This document shows positions 8,563-19,796 of a DNA stretch of 38,377 nt, piece by piece (the first letter of the stretch is position 1; every line of letters starts with the position of its first letter). Origin of the DNA: Patescibacteria group bacterium (GTDB lineage Bacteria > Patescibacteriota > Microgenomatia > Levybacterales > UBA12049). The DNA lies in assembly GCA_038062115.1 (NCBI GenBank), contig JBBTXS010000023.1:1-38377 (forward strand). Reading direction: 5' to 3'. Both the position numbers and the translations under genes were made by a program. The notes under the pieces were generated by a model. That model worked only from the letters and a program-made list of their open reading frames with translations. It ran no database searches and was not told where the DNA came from.

Positions 8563-9228
8563 ATGCACTCTTTTATAATCGTCTCCAAAAACAAAGAAAC
8601 TGCACTCGATTTTGCAAATTCGGAGTGTAAAAAAAATCAAATAGACAAATTTGATTTCGACTTACTTACTTTCCAAAAAGCAATTGGAATAGAAGACATA
8701 AGGAATTTCCAAAAAAAAATATATTTAAAACCTATAAAAAGCAAAGAAAAAGCAATTACCATTGAAGCTTACAATGGCATAACAATTTCGGCGCAAAACG
8801 CACTTTTAAAAATACTTGAAGAACCACCTTTCAATACTATTATATATATAACTATTCAAAATAAAAATCTTTTGCTGCCGACTATTTTATCACGCTGCAA
8901 AATTATAGAGTTTAAAGATAAGTCTTTTGAACTTTCTCAACAAGAAACTACTGACTATCTTAATATCTTAATATCTCTCCCCCAAAAACCAATAGGGGAG
9001 AAATTATTGCTCGCTCAAGATGTTACAAAAAATAAGGGAGACGCGGTGCGTTGGCTAGAAAAGATGATTATTGTTACAAGACAACAACTTCTAGAAACGC
9101 AAAGCAAAAAACTTTCAACTTCACAGTATCTTAACATCTTAAAATCTCTTCAAAATACCCACACCATACTCTCAACTACCAACGCCAACCAACGCCTAGC
9201 TCTCGAGATCCTTTTCTTGAATCTATAA
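8563..9228 (+). CDS. holB: DNA polymerase III delta'-like subunit (short form)
   Basis: IGIEDIR, AQNALLKILEEPP, LLPTILSRC. Confidence 0.85.
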   Translation: MHSFIIVSKNKETALDFANSECKKNQIDKFDFDLLTFQKAIGIEDIRNFQKKIYLKPIKSKEKAITIEAYNGITISAQNALLKILEEPPFNTIIYITIQNKNLLLPTILSRCKIIEFKDKSFELSQQETTDYLNILISLPQKPIGEKLLLAQDVTKNKGDAVRWLEKMIIVTRQQLLETQSKKLSTSQYLNILKSLQNTHTILSTTNANQRLALEILFLNL

Positions 9229-9271
9229 CTGTATATCAAGTTAATATTCAAACTCAACTCGTTTTTTTACT

Positions 9272-9456
9272 TGTCAGACAAGAATAGAAATGTCCTATTT
9301 AAGAGACACAATAAGTTACATGGTTTGTCATCCCGACCGTAGCGATAGCGGAGTGGAGGGATCTGTTTGACCTGAGCCTGTTGAGAGAGATTCCTCGACT
9401 CCGTTTCACTGCACTCGGAATGACAAAAAAGCGGACATTTCTATTCTTGTCTGACA
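9272..9456. mobile_element. 185-bp MITE with 24-bp perfect TIR (TGT..ACA), enclosing a family A palindrome (9326-9425)
   Basis: TGTCAGACAAGAATAGAAATGTCC...GGACATTTCTATTCTTGTCTGACA; no clear TSD. Confidence 0.88.
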
Positions 9457-9669
9457 TACCCATTTCATGTTTTAGATGAAAAAAGGAGTAAAATAGAAGA
9501 AATTGAAGTAATTATGGATAATTTACGTGTTTATCCTACACTGCTCCCAAGAAATACTGCAGAAATGTAAGTGGCTGGGAATTAGAAATTGTTCCTGGCA
9601 TAGAACATTTATCCTATCCATGGTAAAATACTATTTGCAAACCGTTACATAATCAAATCTAATTATATT

Positions 9670-11157
9670 GTGATTACAAACAAACTTAAAAAACTATTTT
9701 ATTTTCCAATAGCATCCTATTTCAAATTTTTTGCCCAAATTAGATTAACGCGTTGGAAGCCGAGAATTATTGTGGTAACTGGTTCGAGTGGCAAAACAAC
9801 ATTACTGCATCTTATAGAATCCCAACTTCAAAATAAAGCAAGATACTCTCATTTTGCAAATAGTAGCTATGGAATTCCGTTTGATATTTTGGGATTAAGA
9901 CGCAAGAACCTAACATTAGACGAATGGCCATATCTCTTTTTGGCTGCTCCTTTTAAGGCATTTAAAAAAACTCCAAAGGAAAAACTATATATTGTCGAAG
10001 CAGATTGCGATAGACCTTATGAAGGAAAATTTCTAGCGAATTCATTAAGACCTGAGATTACACTATGGACAAATGTCAGCAGAACCCATACAGCGAATTT
10101 TGATTATCTTGTAAAGAAAAACGAATGTCATTGCGAGGAGGAACGACGAAGCAATCTCACCAGAAAGAGATTGCCACACCAGTCTGCGGACTGGTTCGCA
10201 ATGACAAAGAATAGAAAGAGAAAAACTACCTTTAAGGTTGAAGAGGCGATAGCTCACGAGTTTGGATACTTTTTAGAAGAGACCAAATCTCTTGCTATTA
10301 TTAACAGCGACACTAAGCTAATTAAGCAGCAGTTAACAAGATCAAAAGCATCGGTCAAAAGTGTAACCCAAAAAGGTCTTACCGCCTACAATGTTTTTAA
10401 AGACCATACCGAGTTTAAAATTAATGGGGAAATTTACTCAATTAACGCTTTGCTTCCAAAAGAATCATCTCTTTCAATCCAAATGACCTTAATCCTTCTT
10501 GATTATCTCAAAATTAAACCCGACAACTCATTCTCCAAATTTAGCCTTCCACCTGGAAGGTGTAGTTTGTTTAAGGGAATCAAAAATATTACTATAATAG
10601 ATAGTTCTTATAACGCAACGCCAGATGGGGTTAAGTCTATACTTGAGATGTTTAACCTCTATCCTAGCAATAAGAAATGGCTAGTTTTAGGGGATATGAT
10701 TGAACTTGGCAACGAAGAGCAAGAAGAACATGAGAAATTGGCCGATGTAATTAATTCGATTAAATTAAATAAAATTATATTAGTTGGGCCTAGACTTTCA
10801 AAATATACCTATCCAAGACTAAAGGAACAGGGATTACGTATTTATTCTTCGAGCGATCAGGCGAAGCCTGAGAGTCGAGAAGTCTTATCAGAAAATAGTT
10901 CTCGACAAGACGGGTACCGTACGGTAACCCGTCAAGCTCGAACAATAAGAAATCCTGTAACTGAAAAGTTTATAATGCCGAAAGATGCATTAGATTATTT
11001 AGGCAAAAATTTACAGGGCGGTGAAACAATCTTATTTAAGGGAGCTAGATTTCTAGAGGGTATAATAGAACACTTATTACTTAATAAATATGATATTAAT
11101 AACTTATGCCGAAGAGAATTAGTTTGGCGAGAAAGGCGAAAAAAATGGGGAATTTAA
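9670..11157 (+). CDS. murF: Mur ligase (MurF-like) with two in-frame insertions
   Basis: VTGSSGKTT, PGR, IIDSSYNATP, LVLGDMIELG, ILFKG. Confidence 0.85.
   Translation: MITNKLKKLFYFPIASYFKFFAQIRLTRWKPRIIVVTGSSGKTTLLHLIESQLQNKARYSHFANSSYGIPFDILGLRRKNLTLDEWPYLFLAAPFKAFKKTPKEKLYIVEADCDRPYEGKFLANSLRPEITLWTNVSRTHTANFDYLVKKNECHCEEERRSNLTRKRLPHQSADWFAMTKNRKRKTTFKVEEAIAHEFGYFLEETKSLAIINSDTKLIKQQLTRSKASVKSVTQKGLTAYNVFKDHTEFKINGEIYSINALLPKESSLSIQMTLILLDYLKIKPDNSFSKFSLPPGRCSLFKGIKNITIIDSSYNATPDGVKSILEMFNLYPSNKKWLVLGDMIELGNEEQEEHEKLADVINSIKLNKIILVGPRLSKYTYPRLKEQGLRIYSSSDQAKPESREVLSENSSRQDGYRTVTRQARTIRNPVTEKFIMPKDALDYLGKNLQGGETILFKGARFLEGIIEHLLLNKYDINNLCRRELVWRERRKKWGI
10126..10206. repeat. Family A palindrome (81 bp), in-frame in the Mur ligase
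   Basis: TGTCATTGCGAG..GAAGCAATCTC..GAGATTGCCAC..CGCAATGACA; peptide CHCEEERRSNL...WFAMT. Confidence 0.92.
10842..10948. repeat. Family D palindrome with two nested mini-hairpins, in-frame in the Mur ligase
   Basis: TTATTCTTCGAGCG..AGTCGAGAAGT..AGTTCTCGAC..GCTCGAACAATAA. Confidence 0.9.
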
Positions 11158-11861
11158 ATAAAGCATTAATTATCCATGGTTGGACTTATTCCCTAGAAAA
11201 ATATAAAAAAATTGCAGAAGTTCTTATTCTTAAAGGGCTGCAAACCGACATTCTTAAGGTTCCGGGACTTACAGAAAAAATAGATAAACCTTGGAATCTT
11301 GATGATTATATTGACTGGCTTAAAAATAGAATAGATAAAGAAAAAGGTAAAGTTGTATTGATTGGACATTCGAATGGGGGTCGCATTGCTGGAGCATACG
11401 CAAGCCTGTACCCCCAAAAATTAGCTTATTTAGTTTTAATAGACAGCGCTGGAATTTCGCACGATGAATTCCACGTTAAATTACGACTTTTATTTTTTAC
11501 CACTCTTGCTAAGATTGGCAAGAAAATAGGCTCGTCGGCAATACTTAAAAACTTATTGTATAAATTGACTGGAGAAAGTGATTACAATAATGCTACTGCC
11601 GATATGAAAAAAACTATGACAAATCTTGTTAAATCGGATTTGTCGTTTTCCTTAAATAAAATTAACACTCCAACGTTAATTATATGGGGAGAATTGGATA
11701 AAGTTACTCCCTTAAGTGATGGAAAAATTATGCACAAGTTTATAAAAAACTCAAAATTATATATTGTAAAAGGAGCAAAGCATGCGCCCCATTTTACCCA
11801 CACAGAAGAAGTCGCAGAAATCATATCAAGGAGTATCCTTGCGCAAGGATACTCCTTGTAA
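11145..11861 (+). CDS. Alpha/beta hydrolase
   Basis: IIHGW, GHSNGG nucleophile elbow, WGELDKVTP, H-A-P-H; ATG 11145 preferred over 11106. Confidence 0.9.
   Translation: MGNLNKALIIHGWTYSLEKYKKIAEVLILKGLQTDILKVPGLTEKIDKPWNLDDYIDWLKNRIDKEKGKVVLIGHSNGGRIAGAYASLYPQKLAYLVLIDSAGISHDEFHVKLRLLFFTTLAKIGKKIGSSAILKNLLYKLTGESDYNNATADMKKTMTNLVKSDLSFSLNKINTPTLIIWGELDKVTPLSDGKIMHKFIKNSKLYIVKGAKHAPHFTHTEEVAEIISRSILAQGYSL
11827..11858. repeat. Perfect 32-bp palindrome forming the hydrolase C-terminus
   Basis: CAAGGAGTATCCTTGC|GCAAGGATACTCCTTG. Confidence 0.9.
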
Positions 11862-11866
11862 ATACC

Positions 11867-14245
11867 ATGAATATTTTTAATTCTTTGGGGTCTAACTATG
11901 ACTGGGCTTTTGTTCTAAAGGCTTTATTTGTAAGAAACAAAGCTTCTTTTAAATCTAACCTCAAAGCATTTCTAGAAAAAAAGTATGGCGGCAAAGCAAT
12001 CTTAGTTTACAAAGGAAGAGAAGCTATAGGACTTGCTCTAGAAATTTTAAATTTTCCAAAAGGAAGCTTTGTTGCAATAAATGGTTTTACATGTTACGCA
12101 GTTTACAAAGCAGTAAGTAACAAGGATTGCAATGCATGTATTTTAGATTTGGATAATAGCTTGGATTTAAACTTTACTCCCGAACTTTTACAAAAAAAGC
12201 TAAAAGAAAATCCCAAGATAAAGACAGTAATTATACAAAACACTTTAGGTTATCCTTGCAATATAGAAAAAATTGCCAAAGTATGTCGCGAAAATAATAT
12301 TATTCTTATAGAAGATTTAGCTCATAGTGTAGGAACAAAATATCTAAGCGGAAAAGAGGCTGGAACAATTGGAGATTTTGTTGTCTTATCCTTTAGCCAA
12401 GATAAAATTATAGATGCCGTATCTGGGGGGGCATTAATAATTAGGAATAAGAAATATCAAGATTACTGTTATTCTTCGAGCGAAGTGAGCCGCGTCAGAC
12501 GCGGCGAACGAAGTCGACTCTCCCACGCCTTGCTCGGGATCGCTCGAACAATAAGTAAAAAACAACAATTACTCGACAGACTTTATCCTTTATTTACCTT
12601 TATAATCCGAAAAACATATCCAATAGGTCTTGGCAAGTTGCTTCATTTTTTACTTAAAACCTTCAACCTTCTCTTAAGACCCATGAATGAAGACTTCTAT
12701 GAAAGATACTCTCTCCCCAATTGGTATGCATATTTAGTATTAGATGCTTTTAATAAACTTTCGAAAAACTTAGAGCATCGAAAGAAAATTTCCACTATAT
12801 ACAATAGTATACTCGACAAAAAAATAACCTCTGATCATGTAAATAAAAATATTCCTCTTTCCTCTAATCTCCGTTGTCCTATTTTTGTGGAAAATAGAAA
12901 AGATTTGATAAACTATCTTAAAAAAGAAGGAATTCATGTTTCTGATATTTGGTATGATGATGTTGATAAAAATCTGCCAAACGCTCAAATTGCAGCAAAT
13001 ACAATTCTCAATTTACCAACACACAGAAATGTCTTAGAAGAAGATGCAAAAAATATTGCCCAAAAAATAAACCATTTTATTCTTCGAGCGAGTCCCGACT
13101 TACGTCGGGACGAGTCGAGAAGTATTTTAGCAAATAGTTCTCGACTCACTCCGTTCGCTCGAACAATAAACTCTAAAGAAGAATGGGAATCTTTTTTAGC
13201 CTTGCATCCAGAATCTAATTTTCTCCAATCTTGGCATTGGGGAGAATTCCATCAAGCGCTAACGAATAACATTCAAAGAACCGGATTCTACGAAGGTAAT
13301 AAGCTTGTCGGCGTGATGCTATCGGTTGTTGAGAAAGCAAAACGAGGACGATACTTAACAGTTCCTGGCGGGCCTATTATCGATTGGCAAAACCCAAATC
13401 TTGTAGACACATTTGTTAAGAAAATTAAAAATATCGCTAAAGAACAAAATTGTGTTTTTGTTAGAGTCAGGCCTCAACTTGAATCCTCTAAGTTTTCTAA
13501 AAGTTTGTTTAAACGATATGGATTCATCAATGCACCAATGCACCTACATGCCGAATTAACCTCGCAACTAGATATTACAAAACCAGAAGATGAGCTACTT
13601 AAAGGTATGAGAAAAACAACGCGTTATGAAATCAAAAAAGCAATAAAACAAGGAATAAAGGTAACGGTTTATTCTTCGAGCGAGGTCGACGCTTCGACCG
13701 AGTCGAGAAGTCTAAACGACATTAGTTCTCGACAAGCTCGAACAGTAAATTTTACTCGGTCTCTTATAAAAGAATTCTATGACCTCCAAATGGAAACCGC
13801 AAGAAGGCAAAAATTCGTCCCTTTCTCTTACAATTTTTTGTATGAACAATTTAAAGTTTTCGCCGACACCAAGCATGCGCTTTTGTATAATGCGAGGTTT
13901 AATAGCAAACTATTAGCGCAAGCTTTTGTTATTTTTTATGGCAAAGAAGCAGTATACCATTACGGAGCAAGCACCGATGAAGGCAGAAGATATCCGGGAG
14001 CGCACCTAATCCAATGGGAAGCGATTCTTGAAGCTAAAAAACGGGGAATGACTCGGTATAACTTTTGGGGCGTTTCGCCAACCGATAAACCAGATCATAG
14101 ATTTTCTGGGCTATCTCTTTTCAAACGCGGCTTCGGCGGGCAAGACTTCGAATACCTCCACGCCCAAGACTTAATAATTAATAAACCAAAATACTTAGTA
14201 AATTATGCGATCGAAACTATCCGAAAAAAGCTAAGAAATGTTTAA
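11867..14245 (+). CDS. Fusion of a DegT/DnrJ-family PLP aminotransferase and a FemAB/FemX peptidyltransferase
   Basis: IEDLAHS, SFSQDK, ILNLPTH; then FLQSWHWGEF, RKTTRYEIKKA, LIQWEAILEAK, YNFWG, FKRGFGG. Confidence 0.88.
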   Translation: MNIFNSLGSNYDWAFVLKALFVRNKASFKSNLKAFLEKKYGGKAILVYKGREAIGLALEILNFPKGSFVAINGFTCYAVYKAVSNKDCNACILDLDNSLDLNFTPELLQKKLKENPKIKTVIIQNTLGYPCNIEKIAKVCRENNIILIEDLAHSVGTKYLSGKEAGTIGDFVVLSFSQDKIIDAVSGGALIIRNKKYQDYCYSSSEVSRVRRGERSRLSHALLGIARTISKKQQLLDRLYPLFTFIIRKTYPIGLGKLLHFLLKTFNLLLRPMNEDFYERYSLPNWYAYLVLDAFNKLSKNLEHRKKISTIYNSILDKKITSDHVNKNIPLSSNLRCPIFVENRKDLINYLKKEGIHVSDIWYDDVDKNLPNAQIAANTILNLPTHRNVLEEDAKNIAQKINHFILRASPDLRRDESRSILANSSRLTPFARTINSKEEWESFLALHPESNFLQSWHWGEFHQALTNNIQRTGFYEGNKLVGVMLSVVEKAKRGRYLTVPGGPIIDWQNPNLVDTFVKKIKNIAKEQNCVFVRVRPQLESSKFSKSLFKRYGFINAPMHLHAELTSQLDITKPEDELLKGMRKTTRYEIKKAIKQGIKVTVYSSSEVDASTESRSLNDISSRQARTVNFTRSLIKEFYDLQMETARRQKFVPFSYNFLYEQFKVFADTKHALLYNARFNSKLLAQAFVIFYGKEAVYHYGASTDEGRRYPGAHLIQWEAILEAKKRGMTRYNFWGVSPTDKPDHRFSGLSLFKRGFGGQDFEYLHAQDLIINKPKYLVNYAIETIRKKLRNV
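12469..12554. repeat. Family D palindrome, in-frame in the DegT domain
   Basis: TTATTCTTCGAGCG...CGCTCGAACAATAA; peptide YSSSEVSR...IARTI. Confidence 0.88.
13076..13170. repeat. Family D palindrome at the DegT/FemAB junction
   Basis: TTTATTCTTCGAGCG...CGCTCGAACAATAAA; peptide ILRASPDLRRDESRS...FARTI. Confidence 0.9.
13668..13749. repeat. Family D palindrome, in-frame in the FemAB domain
   Basis: TTTATTCTTCGAGCG...GCTCGAACAGTAAA; peptide YSSSEVDASTESRS...QARTV. Confidence 0.9.
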
Positions 14246-14248
14246 TAT

Positions 14249-14305
14249 TACTGTTTAGTTATATCTATAACGATCCCGTATTGTTAAGATATCTACACAT
14301 CGGTA
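14249..14305 (+). repeat. Family B 57-bp palindrome, left flank of RAYT
   Basis: GTTATATCTATAACGATCCCGTATTGTTAAGATATCTACACATCGGTA. Confidence 0.88.
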
Positions 14306-14326
14306 AAAATGTGGTTCACTAAATAT

Positions 14327-15001
14327 ATGGCGCAACGAAAAACTATACTGGCAACCAATGAAATCTATCATGTTTATAACCGTGGTGTTGAGAAGAGACC
14401 AATATTTTTAATCAAACGAGATTACGCAAGATTTACTGAAACAACAAATTACTATCGTTTTGCAAACTGCCCTATGAGATTTTCATACCTCAAGCTACTT
14501 CCACATGAAGAAAAAGATAATATTTTCAAAAGATTGGAGAGCGAATCAAAAAAACTAGTTGACATCTTTACCTTCTGTTTTATGCCAAACCATATACATT
14601 TTTTATTAAAACAATTAGTTGATAAAGGAATTTCTAAATTTATGGCAAAGATTACAAATGCTTTTAGCCATTATTTTAATACTCGACATGATAGGATTGG
14701 TCATCTTTTTCAAGGGAATTTTGGCGCAGTAAGAATGGAAACTGACGAACAATTAATTCACGTGTCTAGATACATTCATCTTAACCCTGTCTCTTCTTAT
14801 TTAATCGAGATTAAAGATCTTCCAAACTATGAATACTCATCTTATCCTGAGTACATAAACGGTGCTTCTGGCTTTACTAATACAAAAGAGGTGCTTTCTT
14901 ATTTTAAAAATAAAGATGAATACAGAAAGTTTGTTGAAGATCAAACAGACTATGCTCGAAAACTGGAAAATATCAAACACTTAACATTAGAACAAGCCTA
15001 A
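14327..15001 (+). CDS. REP-associated tyrosine transposase (Y1 HUH, IS200/IS605 TnpA superfamily)
   Basis: YHVYNRG, FMPNHIHFLL (HUH), GHLFQG, RYIHLNPV (catalytic Tyr), YSSY; flanked by palindromes; start 14327 or 14309. Confidence 0.9.
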   Translation: MAQRKTILATNEIYHVYNRGVEKRPIFLIKRDYARFTETTNYYRFANCPMRFSYLKLLPHEEKDNIFKRLESESKKLVDIFTFCFMPNHIHFLLKQLVDKGISKFMAKITNAFSHYFNTRHDRIGHLFQGNFGAVRMETDEQLIHVSRYIHLNPVSSYLIEIKDLPNYEYSSYPEYINGASGFTNTKEVLSYFKNKDEYRKFVEDQTDYARKLENIKHLTLEQA

Positions 15002-15014
15002 AAACACCTAATTA

Positions 15015-15072
15015 TACCGAAGTGTTATATCTATAACGATCCCGTATCGTTAATGTAGCTATACCCTCAGTA
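15015..15072 (+). repeat. Family B palindrome, right flank of RAYT
   Basis: TACCGAAGTGTTATATCTATAACGATCCCGTATCGTTAATGTAGCTATACCCTCAGTA. Confidence 0.88.
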
Positions 15073-15089
15073 AACAGCTACAGATTGGG

Positions 15090-15212
15090 GTAACTATTCA
15101 GTTCTTACCAATGAAGCTGTCATTTCGAGCGTAGCGAGAAATCCCCAGGGGATTCTCACGGCTACTTCGTAGCCTCAGAATGACATTCTGTTGGGAACAA
15201 CTGAATACTTAC
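15090..15212. mobile_element. 123-bp MITE with 14-bp TIR enclosing a family A palindrome (15118-15185)
   Basis: GTAACTATTCAGTT...AACTGAATACTTAC (1 mismatch). Confidence 0.85.
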
Positions 15213-15256
15213 AATTGCGACTAGAAATTTTAAGAAGTTTTTGCTAGAATTGATAA

Positions 15257-17263
<2,007 letters not shown>

Positions 17264-17267
17264 CCCA

Positions 17268-17623
17268 TGTCATGCTGAACTTGTTTCAGCATCTCGAGTG
17301 AAACGAGATCCTGAAATAAATTCAGGATGACAAAAAGTACCGAAGTGTTATATCTGTAACGATCCCGTATCGCTAGTATATCTACACCCACATCACAAAC
17401 TCCTGCTCGAGCGGCTTTTTGTGCCTCTACATCCACCTCGAAGGAGTCCTTCGGCCACCTTCGAGGTGTTACGAAGGGATGTACCAGACGGCGCGTCCCG
17501 AAGTGACTCCTCGAACCGGAAGAAGCTTAAAATTGTCATTGCGAGGATCAGGCTTTGCCTGAGACGAAGCAATCCCAACCATTTGAGATTGCCGCGCGAA
17601 ACGTTGTTTCGCTCGCAATGACA
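17268..17623. repeat. Intergenic cluster: family A (17268-17332), B (17338-17389), C (17431-17520), A (17534-17623)
   Basis: Each unit matches copies elsewhere in the window. Confidence 0.9.
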
Positions 17624-17638
17624 ACCCACATTTTCTCC

Positions 17639-17667
17639 TTGCTAAACAAAGCAAATTTTCATATAAT
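17639..17667 (+). promoter_or_regulatory. Sigma70-type promoter of hppA
   Basis: TTGCTA, 17 bp, TATAAT. Confidence 0.65.
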
Positions 17668-17679
17668 ATCATTATAATT

Positions 17680-19695
17680 ATGGACTTATCTTTTATAGTA
17701 AACAACGCTATTTTAGTCAGCGTTGTGGCTGGGTTTCTTTCGATTGGCTATAGCATTTTTCTTACCCTAAAGGTTTTATCAAATCCTCGCGGCGATAAGA
17801 AAATGAATGACATTGCCGATGCAATCCAAGAAGGCTCCACGGCGTATCTAAAAAGACAATATTTTATCGTGGCTGTAATTGGTTTAATAATTTTTGCTCT
17901 CCTGTATTTTATGTTGGGTATTGCTTCAGCCGTCGGATTTGCCATTGGTGCTATTTTTTCTTCTATCTCTGGTATTGTTGGGATGAGTGTTGCTGTTCGA
18001 AGCAACGTTAGAACAGCCCAAGCTGCCAAAACCGGACTATCAGCTGCTTTTTCTTTGGCTTTTAAAGGCGGAGCAATTACCGGTCTTATGGTTGCCGGAC
18101 TTGCGCTTCTTTCTGTTAGCGGATTTTATTTTATGCTCACAAAAATCGGAATAAACAGCCTACAACCCTTAATTGCGCTTGGCTTCGGTGGATCGCTCAT
18201 TTCGGTATTTGCAAGACTAGGAGGAGGAATATTTACAAAAAGCGCAGATGTTGGAACAGACATGGTTGGAAAAATAGAAAAAGGAATTCCAGAGGATGAT
18301 CCAAGAAATCCAGGCGTTATTGCGGATTTGGTAGGGGATAATGTAGGAGATGATGCAGGCATGGCAGCAGATCTATTTGAAACCTATGTTATAACTATCG
18401 TTGCCGCAATGATTTTAGGAGATCTAACTTTTAAAGAAAACCAAGAGGTTTTAATTTATCCTTTATTAATAGGCGCTATCTCAATTGTTGCCTCAATTAT
18501 TGGAACAGGCTTTGTGAAACTTAGAGGAAAAAGCATAATGGTTCCTTTATATCAAGGTTTAGGCGTATCAATAGTAGTCGCCTTAATTGGCTTTTATTTG
18601 TTAACCAACGCTCTTTTTCCGTTGGGACTTAATGGAATTCCGAGTATAAATCTTTTTTATACTTCAGTTATAGGGCTTATTATAACAATTGGGATGGTTG
18701 TTATTACCGAATATTACACATCCAAAAAATTCTCTCCTGTAAAAACAATCGCCAATGCCTCTACAACTGGACACGGCACTAATGTAATCGCAGGGTTGGC
18801 AGTATCTATGAAATCAACCTTAGGTCCAATTCTTTTAATATCTGCAGGAATTCTAATCGCGTTTAATTTAGCCGGTCTTTATGGAATTGCAATTGCGGCA
18901 GTATCTATGCTTTCTTTAACGGGAATAATTGTTGCAATTGATGCTTTTGGCCCAATTACTGATAACGCTGGTGGAATTGCTGAGATGGCAGGCTTAGATA
19001 AAAAGGTAAGAGATGTAACCGATCCTTTGGATGCAGTTGGAAATACCACAAAAGCAGTCACCAAAGCATACGCAATAGGATCTGCCGGTCTTGCGGCTTT
19101 AGTGCTGTTTGCAAGCTATACGCAAGAAGTAAAATTAACTTCATTTTCGCTTTCCGACCCAATGGTAATTATCGGACTATTTATTGGGGGAGCATTGCCG
19201 TACTTTTTTGGGGCGCTAGCAATGGAGGCGGTTGGCAAAACAAGTGTTGCGGTTGTTAATGAAGTAAGACGCCAATTTAAAGAAATTAAGGGAATTATGA
19301 CTGGCATGTCAAAACCTGAGTATGGGAAATTGGTAGATATTGTTACTAAAGATGCGATAAAACAAATGATATTTCCTGCTCTTATTCCGGTTGCAGCGCC
19401 AATCCTGGTTGGATTTATCTTAGGACCAATAGCGTTAGGAGGACTTTTGGTTGGAAGTATTATTACTGGACTATTTGTGGCAATCTCTATGACAACTGGA
19501 GGGGCTGCGTGGGATAATACCAAGAAATATATTGAGGAGGGGCATTTAGGAGGCAAAGGAAGTTTTGCACACCAAGCAGCAGTCACTGGGGATACAGTTG
19601 GTGACCCGTATAAAGATACTGCCGGTCCGGCTATTAATCCAATGATTAAAGTTTTAAACATTGTGGCGCTGTTAATAGCTTCGTTTTTAATATAA
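17680..19695 (+). CDS. hppA: Membrane-bound pyrophosphatase, K+-independent H+-pumping type
   Basis: [40 protein letters not shown] (Lys signature), [14 protein letters not shown]. Confidence 0.95.
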   Translation: MDLSFIVNNAILVSVVAGFLSIGYSIFLTLKVLSNPRGDKKMNDIADAIQEGSTAYLKRQYFIVAVIGLIIFALLYFMLGIASAVGFAIGAIFSSISGIVGMSVAVRSNVRTAQAAKTGLSAAFSLAFKGGAITGLMVAGLALLSVSGFYFMLTKIGINSLQPLIALGFGGSLISVFARLGGGIFTKSADVGTDMVGKIEKGIPEDDPRNPGVIADLVGDNVGDDAGMAADLFETYVITIVAAMILGDLTFKENQEVLIYPLLIGAISIVASIIGTGFVKLRGKSIMVPLYQGLGVSIVVALIGFYLLTNALFPLGLNGIPSINLFYTSVIGLIITIGMVVITEYYTSKKFSPVKTIANASTTGHGTNVIAGLAVSMKSTLGPILLISAGILIAFNLAGLYGIAIAAVSMLSLTGIIVAIDAFGPITDNAGGIAEMAGLDKKVRDVTDPLDAVGNTTKAVTKAYAIGSAGLAALVLFASYTQEVKLTSFSLSDPMVIIGLFIGGALPYFFGALAMEAVGKTSVAVVNEVRRQFKEIKGIMTGMSKPEYGKLVDIVTKDAIKQMIFPALIPVAAPILVGFILGPIALGGLLVGSIITGLFVAISMTTGGAAWDNTKKYIEEGHLGGKGSFAHQAAVTGDTVGDPYKDTAGPAINPMIKVLNIVALLIASFLI

Positions 19696-19703
19696 ATTAA
19701 AAA

Positions 19704-19789
19704 TGTCATTTCGAACGAAGTGAGAAACCCCCTTAGTTTTGAGAAAACTCAATGGGATTTCTCAGTCGCTTCGCTCCCTCGAAATGACA
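19704..19789. repeat. Family A palindrome between hppA and gyrA
   Basis: TGTCATTTCGA...TCGAAATGACA. Confidence 0.88.
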
Positions 19790-19796
19790 GCAAAGT

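Noticed and set aside
8950-9150. TATCTTAA microrepeats in holB
   Set aside because: Short, AT-rich and compatible with slippage.
14309-15001. Canonical IS200/IS605 element with tnpB
   Set aside because: No tnpB; protein length, motifs and flanks fit a RAYT.
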